From an uncultured bacterium (GTDB taxonomy: Bacteria > Desulfobacterota_D > UBA1144 > Nemesobacterales > UBA2774): a DNA stretch of 64,000 nt. How positions within the stretch are numbered: the first letter of the stretch is position 1; each line of letters starts with the position of its first letter. The notes beneath the pieces are model-generated. The model was not told the DNA's origin. It was given only the letters and a program-made list of their open reading frames with translations, and ran no database searches. The translations under genes and the position numbers were made by a program. The stretch is from NCBI GenBank assembly GCA_963825135.1, contig CAWGRW010000009.1, forward strand, positions 2,208,001 through 2,272,000, read 5' to 3'. Positions 1 through 9,059 of this stretch are shown in pieces.

Positions 1-333
1 GCTGATTGTTTTACTACGTCGATATCTTTCAATAGCGTTGTCGAAGTCACTGAGGAACCTACATCCGGATGGCCGCTTCAGGACGTCGTCTGCGATGATG
101 TTCCGGGATTTCCGGTTTCGAATATACGGGACGGTATATCGGCAAACTGTGCTCCGCAGTCGGGCTTCGCTGAGATTACCTGCACGTTCGTAAACGGAGT
201 GCCCCCGGCTAATATTCCGACCCTCTCCGAATGGGGCATGATAGCGGCGGCGGCGGGTCTTATGCTCGTCGGGGTCTTCTTCGCGGTGAGAAAACGACTG
301 CGAGCCAGCAAGCAGTCGGGCGCAATTGGCTGA
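1..333 (+). CDS. IPTL-CTERM sorting-domain surface protein, C-terminal part (5' end outside window)
   Basis: Frame 1 is open from base 1: ...EITCTFVNGVPPANIPTLSEWGMIAAAAGLMLVGVFFAVRKRLRASKQSGAIG*. It has the IPTLSEWG motif, a TM helix and a basic tail. Not in the ORF track. Confidence 0.85.
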   Translation, partial: ADCFTTSISFNSVVEVTEEPTSGWPLQDVVCDDVPGFPVSNIRDGISANCAPQSGFAEITCTFVNGVPPANIPTLSEWGMIAAAAGLMLVGVFFAVRKRLRASKQSGAIG

Positions 334-662
334 TTGCGGACAAGCTGGTCCCGCGCCTTATCGGAGAGACGGACGCCAAAACGAGAAGGGTTACGCATAT
401 ATTCACTTGGATTATTAATTTTCGGAATCGTTCTCCTAACGGGGGAGGAATGGAGTTAAATGGGGGATGATTTCCGGCAATTCGGACATTTCGGACATCA
501 GGAAGGGGTATATGCCGCGGGGAATGTCGCAAATGTCCGAAACCCCGTCCCTCCCGCGCCCTCAGCCTCTTCTTTCCTTTCAAGTAGTTACAACCGTTTT
601 CCTGTGGTACACTCTTGACCGCTCATGGGGTTATAATTACACCGCGCCGTCAAAAATAGCTC

Positions 663-1283
663 ATGCATATACCGTTTCTCGAAATAGACCTCGTTGCCCT
701 GATCAAGTGGGCCGGATACATAGGCATATTCGTCATCATATTCGCCGAATGCGGGTTCTTGCTGGGTATATTCCTCCCCGGCGACTCGCTCCTGTTCACG
801 GCCGGGTTCCTCGCCTCCCAGGGGCATCTGAATGTATCGCTCCTCATACTGATATGCTTTGCGGGCGCGGTTCTCGGCGACAACTTCGGATACGCGTTCG
901 GGCGCAGGGCGGGGCCCGCGATCTTCAAGAAAGAGGACTCGTTCTTTTTCCATAAGAAACACCTTGAGAGGGCGGCGCAGTTTTATGAGAAGCACGGAGG
1001 GAAAACCGTAATTCTCGCCCGCTTCATGCCCGTCATAAGGACGTTCGCCCCGATACTGGCCGGCGTGGGCAGGATGAACTACAAGGTTTTCATCATGTAC
1101 AACCTTGTCGGCGGCGCGCTCTGGGCTATCGGCCTGACGTCGCTCGGCTACTTTTTGGGCTCGACGATCCCGGGCGTGGACAAGTACCTCTTCCCGATCG
1201 TGCTGACGATCATCGTACTCTCCATGCTTCCGGGGATTATCGCGTCTCTCAAGTCCCTGCTCGGAAAGAAGAAGCAAAAATGA
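663..1283 (+). CDS. DedA/VTT family membrane protein
   Basis: FAECGFLLGIFLPGDSLLFTAG and LARFMPVIRTFAPILAG motifs are typical of DedA. Confidence 0.92.
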   Translation: MHIPFLEIDLVALIKWAGYIGIFVIIFAECGFLLGIFLPGDSLLFTAGFLASQGHLNVSLLILICFAGAVLGDNFGYAFGRRAGPAIFKKEDSFFFHKKHLERAAQFYEKHGGKTVILARFMPVIRTFAPILAGVGRMNYKVFIMYNLVGGALWAIGLTSLGYFLGSTIPGVDKYLFPIVLTIIVLSMLPGIIASLKSLLGKKKQK

Positions 1284-1285
1284 CT

Positions 1286-1510
1286 TCACTTTCGGGGGGG
1301 TTCTTTCGACTCCCGTACGAGCCGCTTCAACAGCAGAATCAAAACCCCGGGCTTGAATAATACCGAGATAAAGAATTTGAAATCCTCCCGGCCCGGATAA
1401 ATCTTTACCTCCCACGACCCCACTGCGGCGTTGACGACGACGCTCCCGCTTTCAATCGCAGCGCTTCTTATGACGACGTCAAGCTCGCCTGCGGGACTTG
1501 TTACCTTCAT
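1286..1510 (-). CDS. Small hypothetical protein, downstream of hemY
   Basis: 74-aa ORF overlapping the hemY 3' end, with a hydrophobic C-terminal stretch. Confidence 0.55.
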   Translation of the reverse strand: MKVTSPAGELDVVIRSAAIESGSVVVNAAVGSWEVKIYPGREDFKFFISVLFKPGVLILLLKRLVRESKEPPRK

Positions 1511-2978
1511 CCGCAGCCCTCCGCCCGGTGATGTAAGAGAATATTCCTTCCGCCGCTTCCTCGCCCGAGCGTATGCAATCGGGTACTCCCGCGCCGCCGT
1601 AGGCGTTCCCCGCGAGCCTCAATCCGGGATATGCGGACGCCGTCTCCTTTATCCGGGCTACAAGCGCGACGTGGCCGACCGCGTAATGGGGCATGGATTC
1701 CGGGTTCCGGGTGACCAGGCTGTATAGAGGCCCGGACCTGATGCCTAAAATGGGCGAGAGTGATTCGTGCGCAAGCCCTATGAGCCGTCCGTCGTCCTCG
1801 CGGCATATATTGGGGTTCTGAGCGCCTCCCGCGACGACGCGGAGGAGTACGGTATCTTCGGGACTCCGTCCCGGGAATTTCACGCTGCTGAACGTGCACG
1901 CGAGCACCGGCAGGCGTTCCGACGAAGGGACCAGGAAGCCCGAGCCGTCTAACGCGAGGGCCACGTCGCTCTTCCTGTATCCGACGTTTATCACGGCCGT
2001 CGATACGTATTTGATCCGGGAGAGGCGCTCCGGGAGCTCGAGGTCTATGCCTCCCGTGACGAGTGAGGCCTGAGAGGCCGGAAGCGCCACTATGACGGCG
2101 TCGTATTCGAGAGGGTTCCCGCCGTAAAGATGCACCCTGAATCCCTTTCCCGCGGGCTCGATCCGTTTCACCCTGCTCCTGAGTCTTAGGGAGTTCTGCG
2201 GCAGCCCGGATACGAGGGCCTGAATGAGGGTTTCCATGCCGCGGTTAAAGGTCGCGAACCTCCCGCCCTCTCCGCCGCCGTTTTTAGAGCCGTCTCGCGG
2301 GGCCCTGTTCTTTCTCATCCCGCGCGCGACGCTCCCGTATTGCTCCTCCATTTTCACGAGCCCGGGCAGGGCCGCGCGGACGCTCAGGGTAGCGGGGTCC
2401 CCGGCGTATATGCCGGTCAGCAGCGGCTCCGCTATCCGCTCGTACGCCTCCGCGCCGAACCTCCGCTTAATGAAAGCCGCCGCGCTCTCGTCATCGAGCG
2501 ATTCCCCCCTGGGCAGGAACGGCTCAAGCGTCATGCGGAGCTTCCCTCTCATCGAGAGTATCGGAGAGTTGAAAAGGGCCGCCATGCTCGAGGGGGCCGG
2601 GAACAGCCCGTCAGGCAGCGCAATGAGCTTTCCGCCCCGGACGATGTAGATTTTTCCCGCCTCCCCGCTCGTCCCTATCAATTCGGGCTCGAGGCCGGCC
2701 CTTATGGAAAGGCTGAGCGCCTCGGGCTTGGACCTGAGGAAGGAGTCGGGCCCCTCCTCGGCGAGAAAACCGCCTGAATAACGCGTAGAGATAACGCCCC
2801 CGGGCCTATCTTTGCCTTCGAGCACGGTGAGGTCCAAAGGCAGTCCCCGCTCGGCGCAGAGCCCGGCGAGCCTGTATGCGGCGCTAAGCCCCGTGATGCC
2901 GGCTCCTATGACGGCTATACGGGGCCTCTCGTTCATCCCGAAGCGCGCTCCGGGTGCCGGATTATTATGGCGGCTCAT
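1479..2978 (-). CDS. hemY: HemY-type protoporphyrinogen/coproporphyrinogen oxidase
   Basis: FAD motif IGAGITGLSAA, EEGPDSF, GIYAGDP, C-terminal GNAYGGAGVPDCI. Confidence 0.92.
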   Translation of the reverse strand: MSRHNNPAPGARFGMNERPRIAVIGAGITGLSAAYRLAGLCAERGLPLDLTVLEGKDRPGGVISTRYSGGFLAEEGPDSFLRSKPEALSLSIRAGLEPELIGTSGEAGKIYIVRGGKLIALPDGLFPAPSSMAALFNSPILSMRGKLRMTLEPFLPRGESLDDESAAAFIKRRFGAEAYERIAEPLLTGIYAGDPATLSVRAALPGLVKMEEQYGSVARGMRKNRAPRDGSKNGGGEGGRFATFNRGMETLIQALVSGLPQNSLRLRSRVKRIEPAGKGFRVHLYGGNPLEYDAVIVALPASQASLVTGGIDLELPERLSRIKYVSTAVINVGYRKSDVALALDGSGFLVPSSERLPVLACTFSSVKFPGRSPEDTVLLRVVAGGAQNPNICREDDGRLIGLAHESLSPILGIRSGPLYSLVTRNPESMPHYAVGHVALVARIKETASAYPGLRLAGNAYGGAGVPDCIRSGEEAAEGIFSYITGRRAADEGNKSRRRA

Positions 2979-3013
2979 CAGTAACTCCGTAGAATCCCCC
3001 CTCTAAGTAGAAA

Positions 3014-3029
3014 GGCAATAAAAGTGCCA
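3014..3029 (-). promoter_or_regulatory. sigma54 -24/-12 promoter for hemY
   Basis: Minus strand TGGCACTTTTATTGCC matches TGGCAC-N5-TTGC, 35 bp before the hemY start. Confidence 0.8.
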
Positions 3030-3078
3030 GTGTATTCTCTATTATTTATCGCGCATCCGGGCGGGGCCGGGTGTAAGG

Positions 3079-3095
3079 TGTCGGAAAGTCTGACA
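3079..3095. promoter_or_regulatory. Palindromic TGTC-N9-GACA site (candidate enhancer-binding-protein site)
   Basis: TGTCGGAAAGTCTGACA lies between two divergent sigma54 promoters. Confidence 0.65.
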
Positions 3096-3224
3096 GAGCG
3101 GGCGGATACGGAATACGGGCAAGAAGCCGTATTTTGCCTTGACTAGCGCGCTGCAGGGGTTCAAATACCCGGAATTCGTTCGGTAATCGCCTTAGGGCGG
3201 AGTTATCGCCTGTCTTTTCCCCTC

Positions 3225-3240
3225 TGGCACAGCGGTTGCA
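3225..3240 (+). promoter_or_regulatory. sigma54 -24/-12 promoter for the radical SAM gene
   Basis: TGGCACAGCGGTTGCA is a consensus match, 36 bp before the ATG at 3277. Confidence 0.85.
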
Positions 3241-3276
3241 ATTCATAAAGAATCAGTCAAATGCCGGTGAGCAGGT

Positions 3277-4407
3277 ATGGGAATAACACAGAAGCCTGAA
3301 AGAGCCGATTTTTCGGTTGCGCCCTTTATTGTGATCTGGGAGGTGACCCGGTCCTGCGACCTCGCGTGCCTCCACTGCAGGGCGGACGCGCGGACCTGCA
3401 GGGACCCTCGCGAGCTCACCACATACCAGGGGCGTAACCTCATAGACGATATAGCGGGGTTCGGATCCCCGCTCCTGGTCCTTACGGGCGGCGACCCGCT
3501 TAAAAGGGACGATATCTACGAGCTCATATCGTACGGCGTGGGGAAGGGGTTACGTACCACGGTGTCTCCGAGCGTGACGCCGCTTCTTACGGACGAGTCC
3601 GTCCGCAGGCTCGGGGATGCGGGCATCTCCAGAATGGCTGTGAGCCTCGACGGCTCCACACCCCTCATACACGATTCGTTCAGGGGCGTTAACGGCAGCT
3701 TCGCCAGGACCCTTGAGGTTCTATCTCTCTGCGCGCTCGAGGGCATACCGATACAGGTCAATACGACCGTAACGAAATACAATATAGGGGATTTCGACAA
3801 CATAGCGGACCTCATAAGCGGGTTCAATCCTGTTCTCTGGAGCGTGTTCTTCCTGGTGCCGACGGGGCGGGGGAAGGCGGTCGAAGGGGTGAGCGCGGAG
3901 GAATATGAGGAGGTCTTCGGGAAGATGTATGAGCTCTCGAAGGTGATGCCTTACGACATCAAGTCCACGGAAGCGCCCCATTACAGGCGCTACGCGGCCC
4001 AGGCAGGGGTCCGGGAATCGAGGGCGGGTAACCGGCCTCAGGCCGCGGGGGAAAGGAAGCGGGACGCCATAGGCAGGGCGCCGAGAGGGATAAACGACGG
4101 GAAGGGCTTCGTCTTCGTTTCCCACACGGGCGAGGTCTATCCGAGCGGGTTCTTGCCCCTGTCCGGCGGGAACGTGAAGAACGAAAGCATCGTGGATGTA
4201 TACGGAAACTCGCCGCTATTCAGGGAGATAAGGGACTACGACAGGCTCAAGGGGAAGTGCGGGGTATGCGAGTTCAAGAACATATGCGGCGGCTCGAGGG
4301 CGAGGTCGTACGCCGTGACCGGGGATTTCATGGAGTCCGAGCCATTTTGCGTGTACGTGCCGGAGAGATACAAGAGGGGCGGCACTCAGGATAATCCGGG
4401 AGTGTGA
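3277..4407 (+). CDS. Radical SAM/SPASM protein, AhbD/NirJ-like (heme biosynthesis related)
   Basis: WEVTRSCDLACLHCRA (CxxxCxxC), LTGGDPL, C-terminal KGKCGVCEFKNICGGSRARSYA. Confidence 0.8.
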   Translation: MGITQKPERADFSVAPFIVIWEVTRSCDLACLHCRADARTCRDPRELTTYQGRNLIDDIAGFGSPLLVLTGGDPLKRDDIYELISYGVGKGLRTTVSPSVTPLLTDESVRRLGDAGISRMAVSLDGSTPLIHDSFRGVNGSFARTLEVLSLCALEGIPIQVNTTVTKYNIGDFDNIADLISGFNPVLWSVFFLVPTGRGKAVEGVSAEEYEEVFGKMYELSKVMPYDIKSTEAPHYRRYAAQAGVRESRAGNRPQAAGERKRDAIGRAPRGINDGKGFVFVSHTGEVYPSGFLPLSGGNVKNESIVDVYGNSPLFREIRDYDRLKGKCGVCEFKNICGGSRARSYAVTGDFMESEPFCVYVPERYKRGGTQDNPGV

Positions 4408-4556
4408 AGTACCGGTTTCTCTCCCGAGCACGCGCTTCCGGTTCGGGTAATCGTATAATTTTAGTGATAAAGGGTTTTTCGCCGGGGCTTTCATTTACCG
4501 GCCCCTATGAATGTGTATAATCATTCAGCAAAAAAATTAAACGCGAGGGACTGAAC

Positions 4557-4979
4557 ATGATCGAGAATATAAAGGTGAAGGAAATAATGACCGCTGAAGT
4601 CCTTTCGGTGCACGATAACGAGAACCTGAGCGTCGTGGCCGGGATATTCAGGGAGAACCCGATACATCATGTCCCGGTCCTCAAGGGCAAAAGGCCCGTG
4701 GGGATAATTTCCACGCAGGACATATTTAAGCTGATATTCGACTTCGACTCGACCGATACCAGAATGCTCGACACCCTCCTCGACCATACCTATAAAATCA
4801 AGGACGTCATGACCGGCAAGCTCGTAATATTCGAGGAGGAATCGACGCTCAAGGACGCGGCGAAGATACTCTCCGACAGCTCGCTCCATTCGATCCTTAT
4901 AGTCGACAAGAAGGGCGATCTGACGGGCATTGTAACCACTACCGACCTCGTCAGGTTCCTCTATAAAAATATCGTATAA
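4557..4979 (+). CDS. CBS domain pair protein
   Basis: VKEIMT...IHHVPV...GIISTQDI and IKDVMT...GIVTTTDL. Confidence 0.9.
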   Translation: MIENIKVKEIMTAEVLSVHDNENLSVVAGIFRENPIHHVPVLKGKRPVGIISTQDIFKLIFDFDSTDTRMLDTLLDHTYKIKDVMTGKLVIFEEESTLKDAAKILSDSSLHSILIVDKKGDLTGIVTTTDLVRFLYKNIV

Positions 4980-5018
4980 CACACACACACGTTGTGTGGC
5001 TCTACGATTCTACCGGAA

Positions 5019-5184
5019 CTCCTCAGCTCAAATCGGCAACTGCGGTAATTTCGATTGTCAGCGGCGACTCGCCGCCCCGTTCATGCTGTGGCGCAGAGCC
5101 TGCGCTCGAATACGATCCTGCTGAATCTCCTCAGCTCAAATCAGCAACTGCGGTAATTTCGATTGTCAGCGGCGACTCGCCGCC
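5019..5184. repeat. 58-bp direct repeat, two copies (5019-5076, 5127-5184), one mismatch
   Basis: ctcctcagctcaaatc(g/a)gcaactgcggtaatttcgattgtcagcggcgactcgccgcc occurs twice, 50 bp apart, between convergent genes. Confidence 0.9.
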
Positions 5185-5254
5185 TGTTTATTCTGAGTTT
5201 GTCGAAAGATTTAATGACAGGGCGGGAGCGGAGCACGGAGCGAGTGTGCGTGCG

Positions 5255-5464
5255 CTAGAGGATGCCCTGTTTACGCAGGTCCTTTATGACGACGATTACG
5301 TAGATTATTATGGCCATCCCCATGCACGCCCCGCCCACCGACACGGATAATATCATAGTCAGGGGAGTGAATTTGAAGAGCGTCAGGATTATCGTGACGA
5401 GGGCGATCAGGTTGAGCACTCCCGCCGCTATCACGGCCTTTCTTACCCAGGGATGAGTATTCAT
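5255..5464 (-). CDS. Small two-TM membrane protein, last gene of the cytochrome cluster
   Basis: MNTHPWVRKAVIAAGVLNLIALVTII...; ATGA overlap with the upstream NapC-like gene. Confidence 0.7.
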   Translation of the reverse strand: MNTHPWVRKAVIAAGVLNLIALVTIILTLFKFTPLTMILSVSVGGACMGMAIIIYVIVVIKDLRKQGIL

Positions 5465-6099
5465 TGTTCCTTCCATGCCTCCTCGGGGTGGGGTCTCACG
5501 TGGCAGTCCATGCCGAGACACGACATCTTGCTTGAGAGTATGTCTGCCGCGTTCTTTTCGTGCTCCTCCTCTTCCTGAAACGCTATGACGGGGGCGTGGC
5601 AGCGCAGGCATATGGCGTTGTTATAAGTCCCGTAGAGCTTGACGGGGGTCTTGTACCCCGTGTAATAAGCCCATACGTGGCGTATCCCGCCCATCTTCGC
5701 CTTCATGTTGCCGAATATGCCGTAGTCCGAGTGGCATGTGAAACACTGGTCTTCGGAGACCCAGCGGTTCTGGTAGTGCTCTGAGGCGAGATATTCGCTG
5801 TCCGGGTCTTTCAGATCGTTCACGTACCCGTGCATGACGTGACACGAGTTGCAGAACGCGACCTGCTTCGAGTCCTCTATGGCCACGCTGAAGTTGAGGA
5901 GATATGCGATCGGGGAGAGGATGAAGAAGACGATGAGCAGCACCCATTTCCCGAAGGGCTCGGACAGCTTGTTCCTGTCCCGCGCTAAAACGATAATTAT
6001 GAGGACTATGCCGAGGACGCATATCGCAAGCACTATCCATGCGACAAAGGACATCCCCCCCGCGCCTCCCGCTTCCACGCTCTGTTCAAATGGGTTCAT
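5461..6099 (-). CDS. NapC/NirT (CymA-like) membrane-anchored tetraheme cytochrome c
   Basis: Two N-terminal TM helices; FCNSCHVM, CFTCH, CLRCH and atypical CLGMDCH. Confidence 0.85.
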   Translation of the reverse strand: MNPFEQSVEAGGAGGMSFVAWIVLAICVLGIVLIIIVLARDRNKLSEPFGKWVLLIVFFILSPIAYLLNFSVAIEDSKQVAFCNSCHVMHGYVNDLKDPDSEYLASEHYQNRWVSEDQCFTCHSDYGIFGNMKAKMGGIRHVWAYYTGYKTPVKLYGTYNNAICLRCHAPVIAFQEEEEHEKNAADILSSKMSCLGMDCHVRPHPEEAWKEQ

Positions 6100-6118
6100 T
6101 TATCTCTCGCCCGTTCTC

Positions 6119-6598
6119 TTATTGTTCCTTGAGGCAATCCTGAAATCCCGCTTCCTGCTTGTTTCCGTATTTCAGCGACTCCAGCCAGGCGAGCAAGTCC
6201 TGGAATTCGGCGTCGGTGCCCTTGAACTTCTTTCTCTCTTTCTTCTTGGCGAGCTTCTTGCAGTCAGGCGTGTCCTTGAAATAGTCCTTGGGATTTTTAA
6301 TGAAATCGGTCAGCCACTTCGCGTCCCTGTCCGCGCCTATGTTGGAGAGGTCTCCGCCCTTGGACTCCTCCTTGTCTTCCTCGCTCTCCTTGAGCTCGAC
6401 CCCTTTGGATTTCGCGAATGCCACCTTGGCCGCCTCAATCTGGGCCGACTCGGCCTTGACCGTATGGCACGTATAGCACCGCTTCTCTACAAATATAGCT
6501 ATGCCCTTCTGCTGCACGCTCGCGTCCTGGGCGAATGCCGCGGCCGGTATCATGAGCAGGAGCGCTAATACGTATACATATCCGTGAATTTGTACCAT
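6119..6598 (-). CDS. Periplasmic monoheme cytochrome c
   Basis: Signal peptide ending AAAFA, CYTCH, GGDLSNIG. Confidence 0.85.
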   Translation of the reverse strand: MVQIHGYVYVLALLLMIPAAAFAQDASVQQKGIAIFVEKRCYTCHTVKAESAQIEAAKVAFAKSKGVELKESEEDKEESKGGDLSNIGADRDAKWLTDFIKNPKDYFKDTPDCKKLAKKKERKKFKGTDAEFQDLLAWLESLKYGNKQEAGFQDCLKEQ

Positions 6599-7140
6599 GG
6601 TGTGTAAACCCCCTTGTATTTTATAGTTTCGTGACACGTTCCGCACACTTTATTCATGGGCTCTCTCAGATAGACCTCCTTTTCCGGGTCGAGCTTTATT
6701 TCCATGCCCGTCTCTTCCCTGAGCCCGGGAGCGGCGATGATCCTGAGAAAATCCATGCTCCGCTTGTCGAGCTCGGCCCCGTAAACCTTACGGCCCTTTA
6801 TCACGCCCTCCGGGTGCGGGTCGTGGCACGTAAAGCAGGCTATCTTCCCGTTCTCGTCCCCGGGGAGCGGCTTTGCGTCCTTCCCCTCGTGCTCTTTCGA
6901 CCCCGGGTGTATCGTTTCGTCGTGGCACCCGAGGCAGTTCTCGGAAGGGGCGTCCACGAGGAAATACGTCGGGCTCTTCTTCCCCTCCTTCGGGACCTCC
7001 GTATGGCAGTCGAGGCACACGAACTCGTCGTCGACCATCCCGGTATGGGGGTTGTCCTCCTCATCCTTTTTTTCCTGCGAGACGAGGAAGGTGGGGACGA
7101 GCACGATGAGCACGGTTATCAGCATATATCTAATAATCAT
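6565..7140 (-). CDS. Tetraheme c-type cytochrome
   Basis: Signal/TM segment; CLDCH, CLGCH, CFTCHDPH, CGTCH. Confidence 0.88.
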   Translation of the reverse strand: MIIRYMLITVLIVLVPTFLVSQEKKDEEDNPHTGMVDDEFVCLDCHTEVPKEGKKSPTYFLVDAPSENCLGCHDETIHPGSKEHEGKDAKPLPGDENGKIACFTCHDPHPEGVIKGRKVYGAELDKRSMDFLRIIAAPGLREETGMEIKLDPEKEVYLREPMNKVCGTCHETIKYKGVYTPWYKFTDMYTY

Positions 7141-7753
7141 ATCCGCCCTTCGTATGACACGTGTTGCAGAACGTTACCTGGTGGCAGCTCCCGCACTCTC
7201 TCGGGTTGGCGCGCGCCTCGACCCCGTGGATCAACCTGAAATTCCTGTCGTGGACCATTATTGTGGGGAGGTCTCTTCGATTGTGACAATCCTCGCAGAA
7301 CCGGGGCGCGTGGCAATTTTCACACGACTCCTCGTCGGCTTTGGCGAAGACGGCGTGCTTCTCCGTCCAGTTAAAATTGTGATTCTTGGGCTCGATTTCG
7401 GCCATGTTGACATGGCACAGGCTGCACTCTCCCGGCGCAACGTTGCCGGCTTCCGGATTGAAATGACAGAAATGGCACGTCTCCTTTCCGGGGAAGAAGG
7501 ACTGCTTGGACGCCTTGATGGCCTCTTCGATGCTCTTTTCGTCCTTGGCTTCCACGTTCATGGGATGGCAGACGAAGCAGTCGAACCCCTCCTTCTCCAT
7601 CACCTTCTTGTGCGCCTCGTGCGAGAAATTCATGCTTACGTCGAGCGGAACCTTCGGTTTCGCGCCCGAAGCGTTCTCCTCCTTGTTCTGGGCGCCGCAC
7701 CCCGCGAGCGCGAACACCGCCGCCGCTAATATCAATATCGCTCTCTTCATCAC
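7130..7753 (-). CDS. Heptaheme c-type cytochrome lipoprotein
   Basis: Lipobox LAGC; FSHEAH; CFVCH, CHFCH, CSLCH, CENCH, CEDCH, CGSCH, CNTCH. Confidence 0.88.
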   Translation of the reverse strand: MMKRAILILAAAVFALAGCGAQNKEENASGAKPKVPLDVSMNFSHEAHKKVMEKEGFDCFVCHPMNVEAKDEKSIEEAIKASKQSFFPGKETCHFCHFNPEAGNVAPGECSLCHVNMAEIEPKNHNFNWTEKHAVFAKADEESCENCHAPRFCEDCHNRRDLPTIMVHDRNFRLIHGVEARANPRECGSCHQVTFCNTCHTKGGYDY

Positions 7754-9051
7754 ATGCTCGTCGAAAAGTAGTAACTCAATCCCAAATCCACCCTTATGTC
7801 CTTGTTAAATTCCGGGTTCGTGTTGAACTCGAGAGCGGTCCTGAGTACGAGGTCTTTCAATATCATGTAGTCGCTCCCGACTATATAGCTGAAGGCGTTG
7901 CCGCTCTGGTTCGTAATCTTGTTATAGTATGCGTACGCAAAGGCGAACTGCAATTGCCATCCGCTCCTTATTTGCTCATACAGGCTTGTGTTCACACCTA
8001 CGGCGTAGTCGGTCTGCTCGCCCCCGTCGATATAGTAAAACCCCTGAAAGGCCCTGAGCCCCATGTTCTTCCAGAAGTCGAACATGAAGCCGAGCTTTGC
8101 TATATTCCCGTTCGTGCTCGTGTCCTCCGAAGGGTCGTAGTTGGAATACGCGTAGCTCCCGTTGATCTCCAGGTAGGAGACCGGAACGTACGTGACGCCT
8201 ACTTTCGCCTGCTGGAGCCTTCCTACGGAAAATATGTCGAATATCGGGTCGAGCTGGAAGTCGTTCCTCTGCTGATCCAGATTGTAGTTGTCGTATTCGA
8301 GGTTGAGGTAGAGGGACCGGAGTACCGTGATGCCCACTCCAGTCGTGAGGAGACCGAGGTTCCCTTCGCCTACGTCTATCTCCGCGAGGCCGTAAATGTC
8401 GGCGAAATCCGTATAGGGGACGGCCCTGTTGAAGGTGACGTTAATGAACTGCCTCGATGAGAAGTTGTCAGGGGCGTAGACCTCGTAGCCGACGGAGATT
8501 ATGGATCCCAGTATTGCGTCCGTTTTCAGTTTGAGGCCGAATATGCCGTAGCTGTCGCCCGGCCTCTCGGGTTCCGGCTGAAGGTCGTTTTCCTGATATC
8601 CCCCGTAAGCGGTTATCTCAAGCCCTTTCATGGGTTTTACCTTGACGAGCGCGCCGTCCATGAGTACGAAGTTTACTCCCTCCGTCATCGCCTGCCTGCC
8701 GAGCCTCACCTCGTACGTGCCGGGCGTATTCGAGATATCGACGAAAGCGTTATAGACGTCCAGCGACTCCTGGTCGCCGTTGAATATCTCCCTTCCTCTG
8801 AGAAAAGTGTTGAAGTAAACATTGTGGTCGGGGGAAACGGTGCTGAGGTCGAGGTATTGGTAAAAAGGGTAAACGTCTTTCTTGTCGCCGTCAGGGTTTA
8901 GCAGCGGGGTAGGGGCCTGAAACAGCATAAAGGCGTTTCCATAAAGACCCAGACTCCTCGGGCGTATTATCTCTGTCTGCCCGTATGCCGCAACTCCCCC
9001 CGTTGCCGAGAGCAGTAGCATTGTCGCCGCACATAAAATATTTTTCGGCAT
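7750..9051 (-). CDS. Putative outer-membrane beta-barrel (cytochrome-associated porin)
   Basis: Signal peptide; aromatic/Gly-rich amphipathic strands (EVRLGRQ, near-terminal VDLGLSYYF); sits among multiheme genes. Confidence 0.75.
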   Translation of the reverse strand: MPKNILCAATMLLLSATGGVAAYGQTEIIRPRSLGLYGNAFMLFQAPTPLLNPDGDKKDVYPFYQYLDLSTVSPDHNVYFNTFLRGREIFNGDQESLDVYNAFVDISNTPGTYEVRLGRQAMTEGVNFVLMDGALVKVKPMKGLEITAYGGYQENDLQPEPERPGDSYGIFGLKLKTDAILGSIISVGYEVYAPDNFSSRQFINVTFNRAVPYTDFADIYGLAEIDVGEGNLGLLTTGVGITVLRSLYLNLEYDNYNLDQQRNDFQLDPIFDIFSVGRLQQAKVGVTYVPVSYLEINGSYAYSNYDPSEDTSTNGNIAKLGFMFDFWKNMGLRAFQGFYYIDGGEQTDYAVGVNTSLYEQIRSGWQLQFAFAYAYYNKITNQSGNAFSYIVGSDYMILKDLVLRTALEFNTNPEFNKDIRVDLGLSYYFSTSM

Positions 9052-9059
9052 TTGAAAGA

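Noticed and set aside
5019..5184. Possible CRISPR array
   Set aside because: Only two copies, the 58-bp unit is too long, and there are no cas genes in the window.
4994..5350. 118-aa ORF with a duplicated PQLKSATAVISIVSGDSPP peptide
   Set aside because: It is a translation of the DNA repeat, lacks an RBS and overlaps a better gene on the opposite strand.
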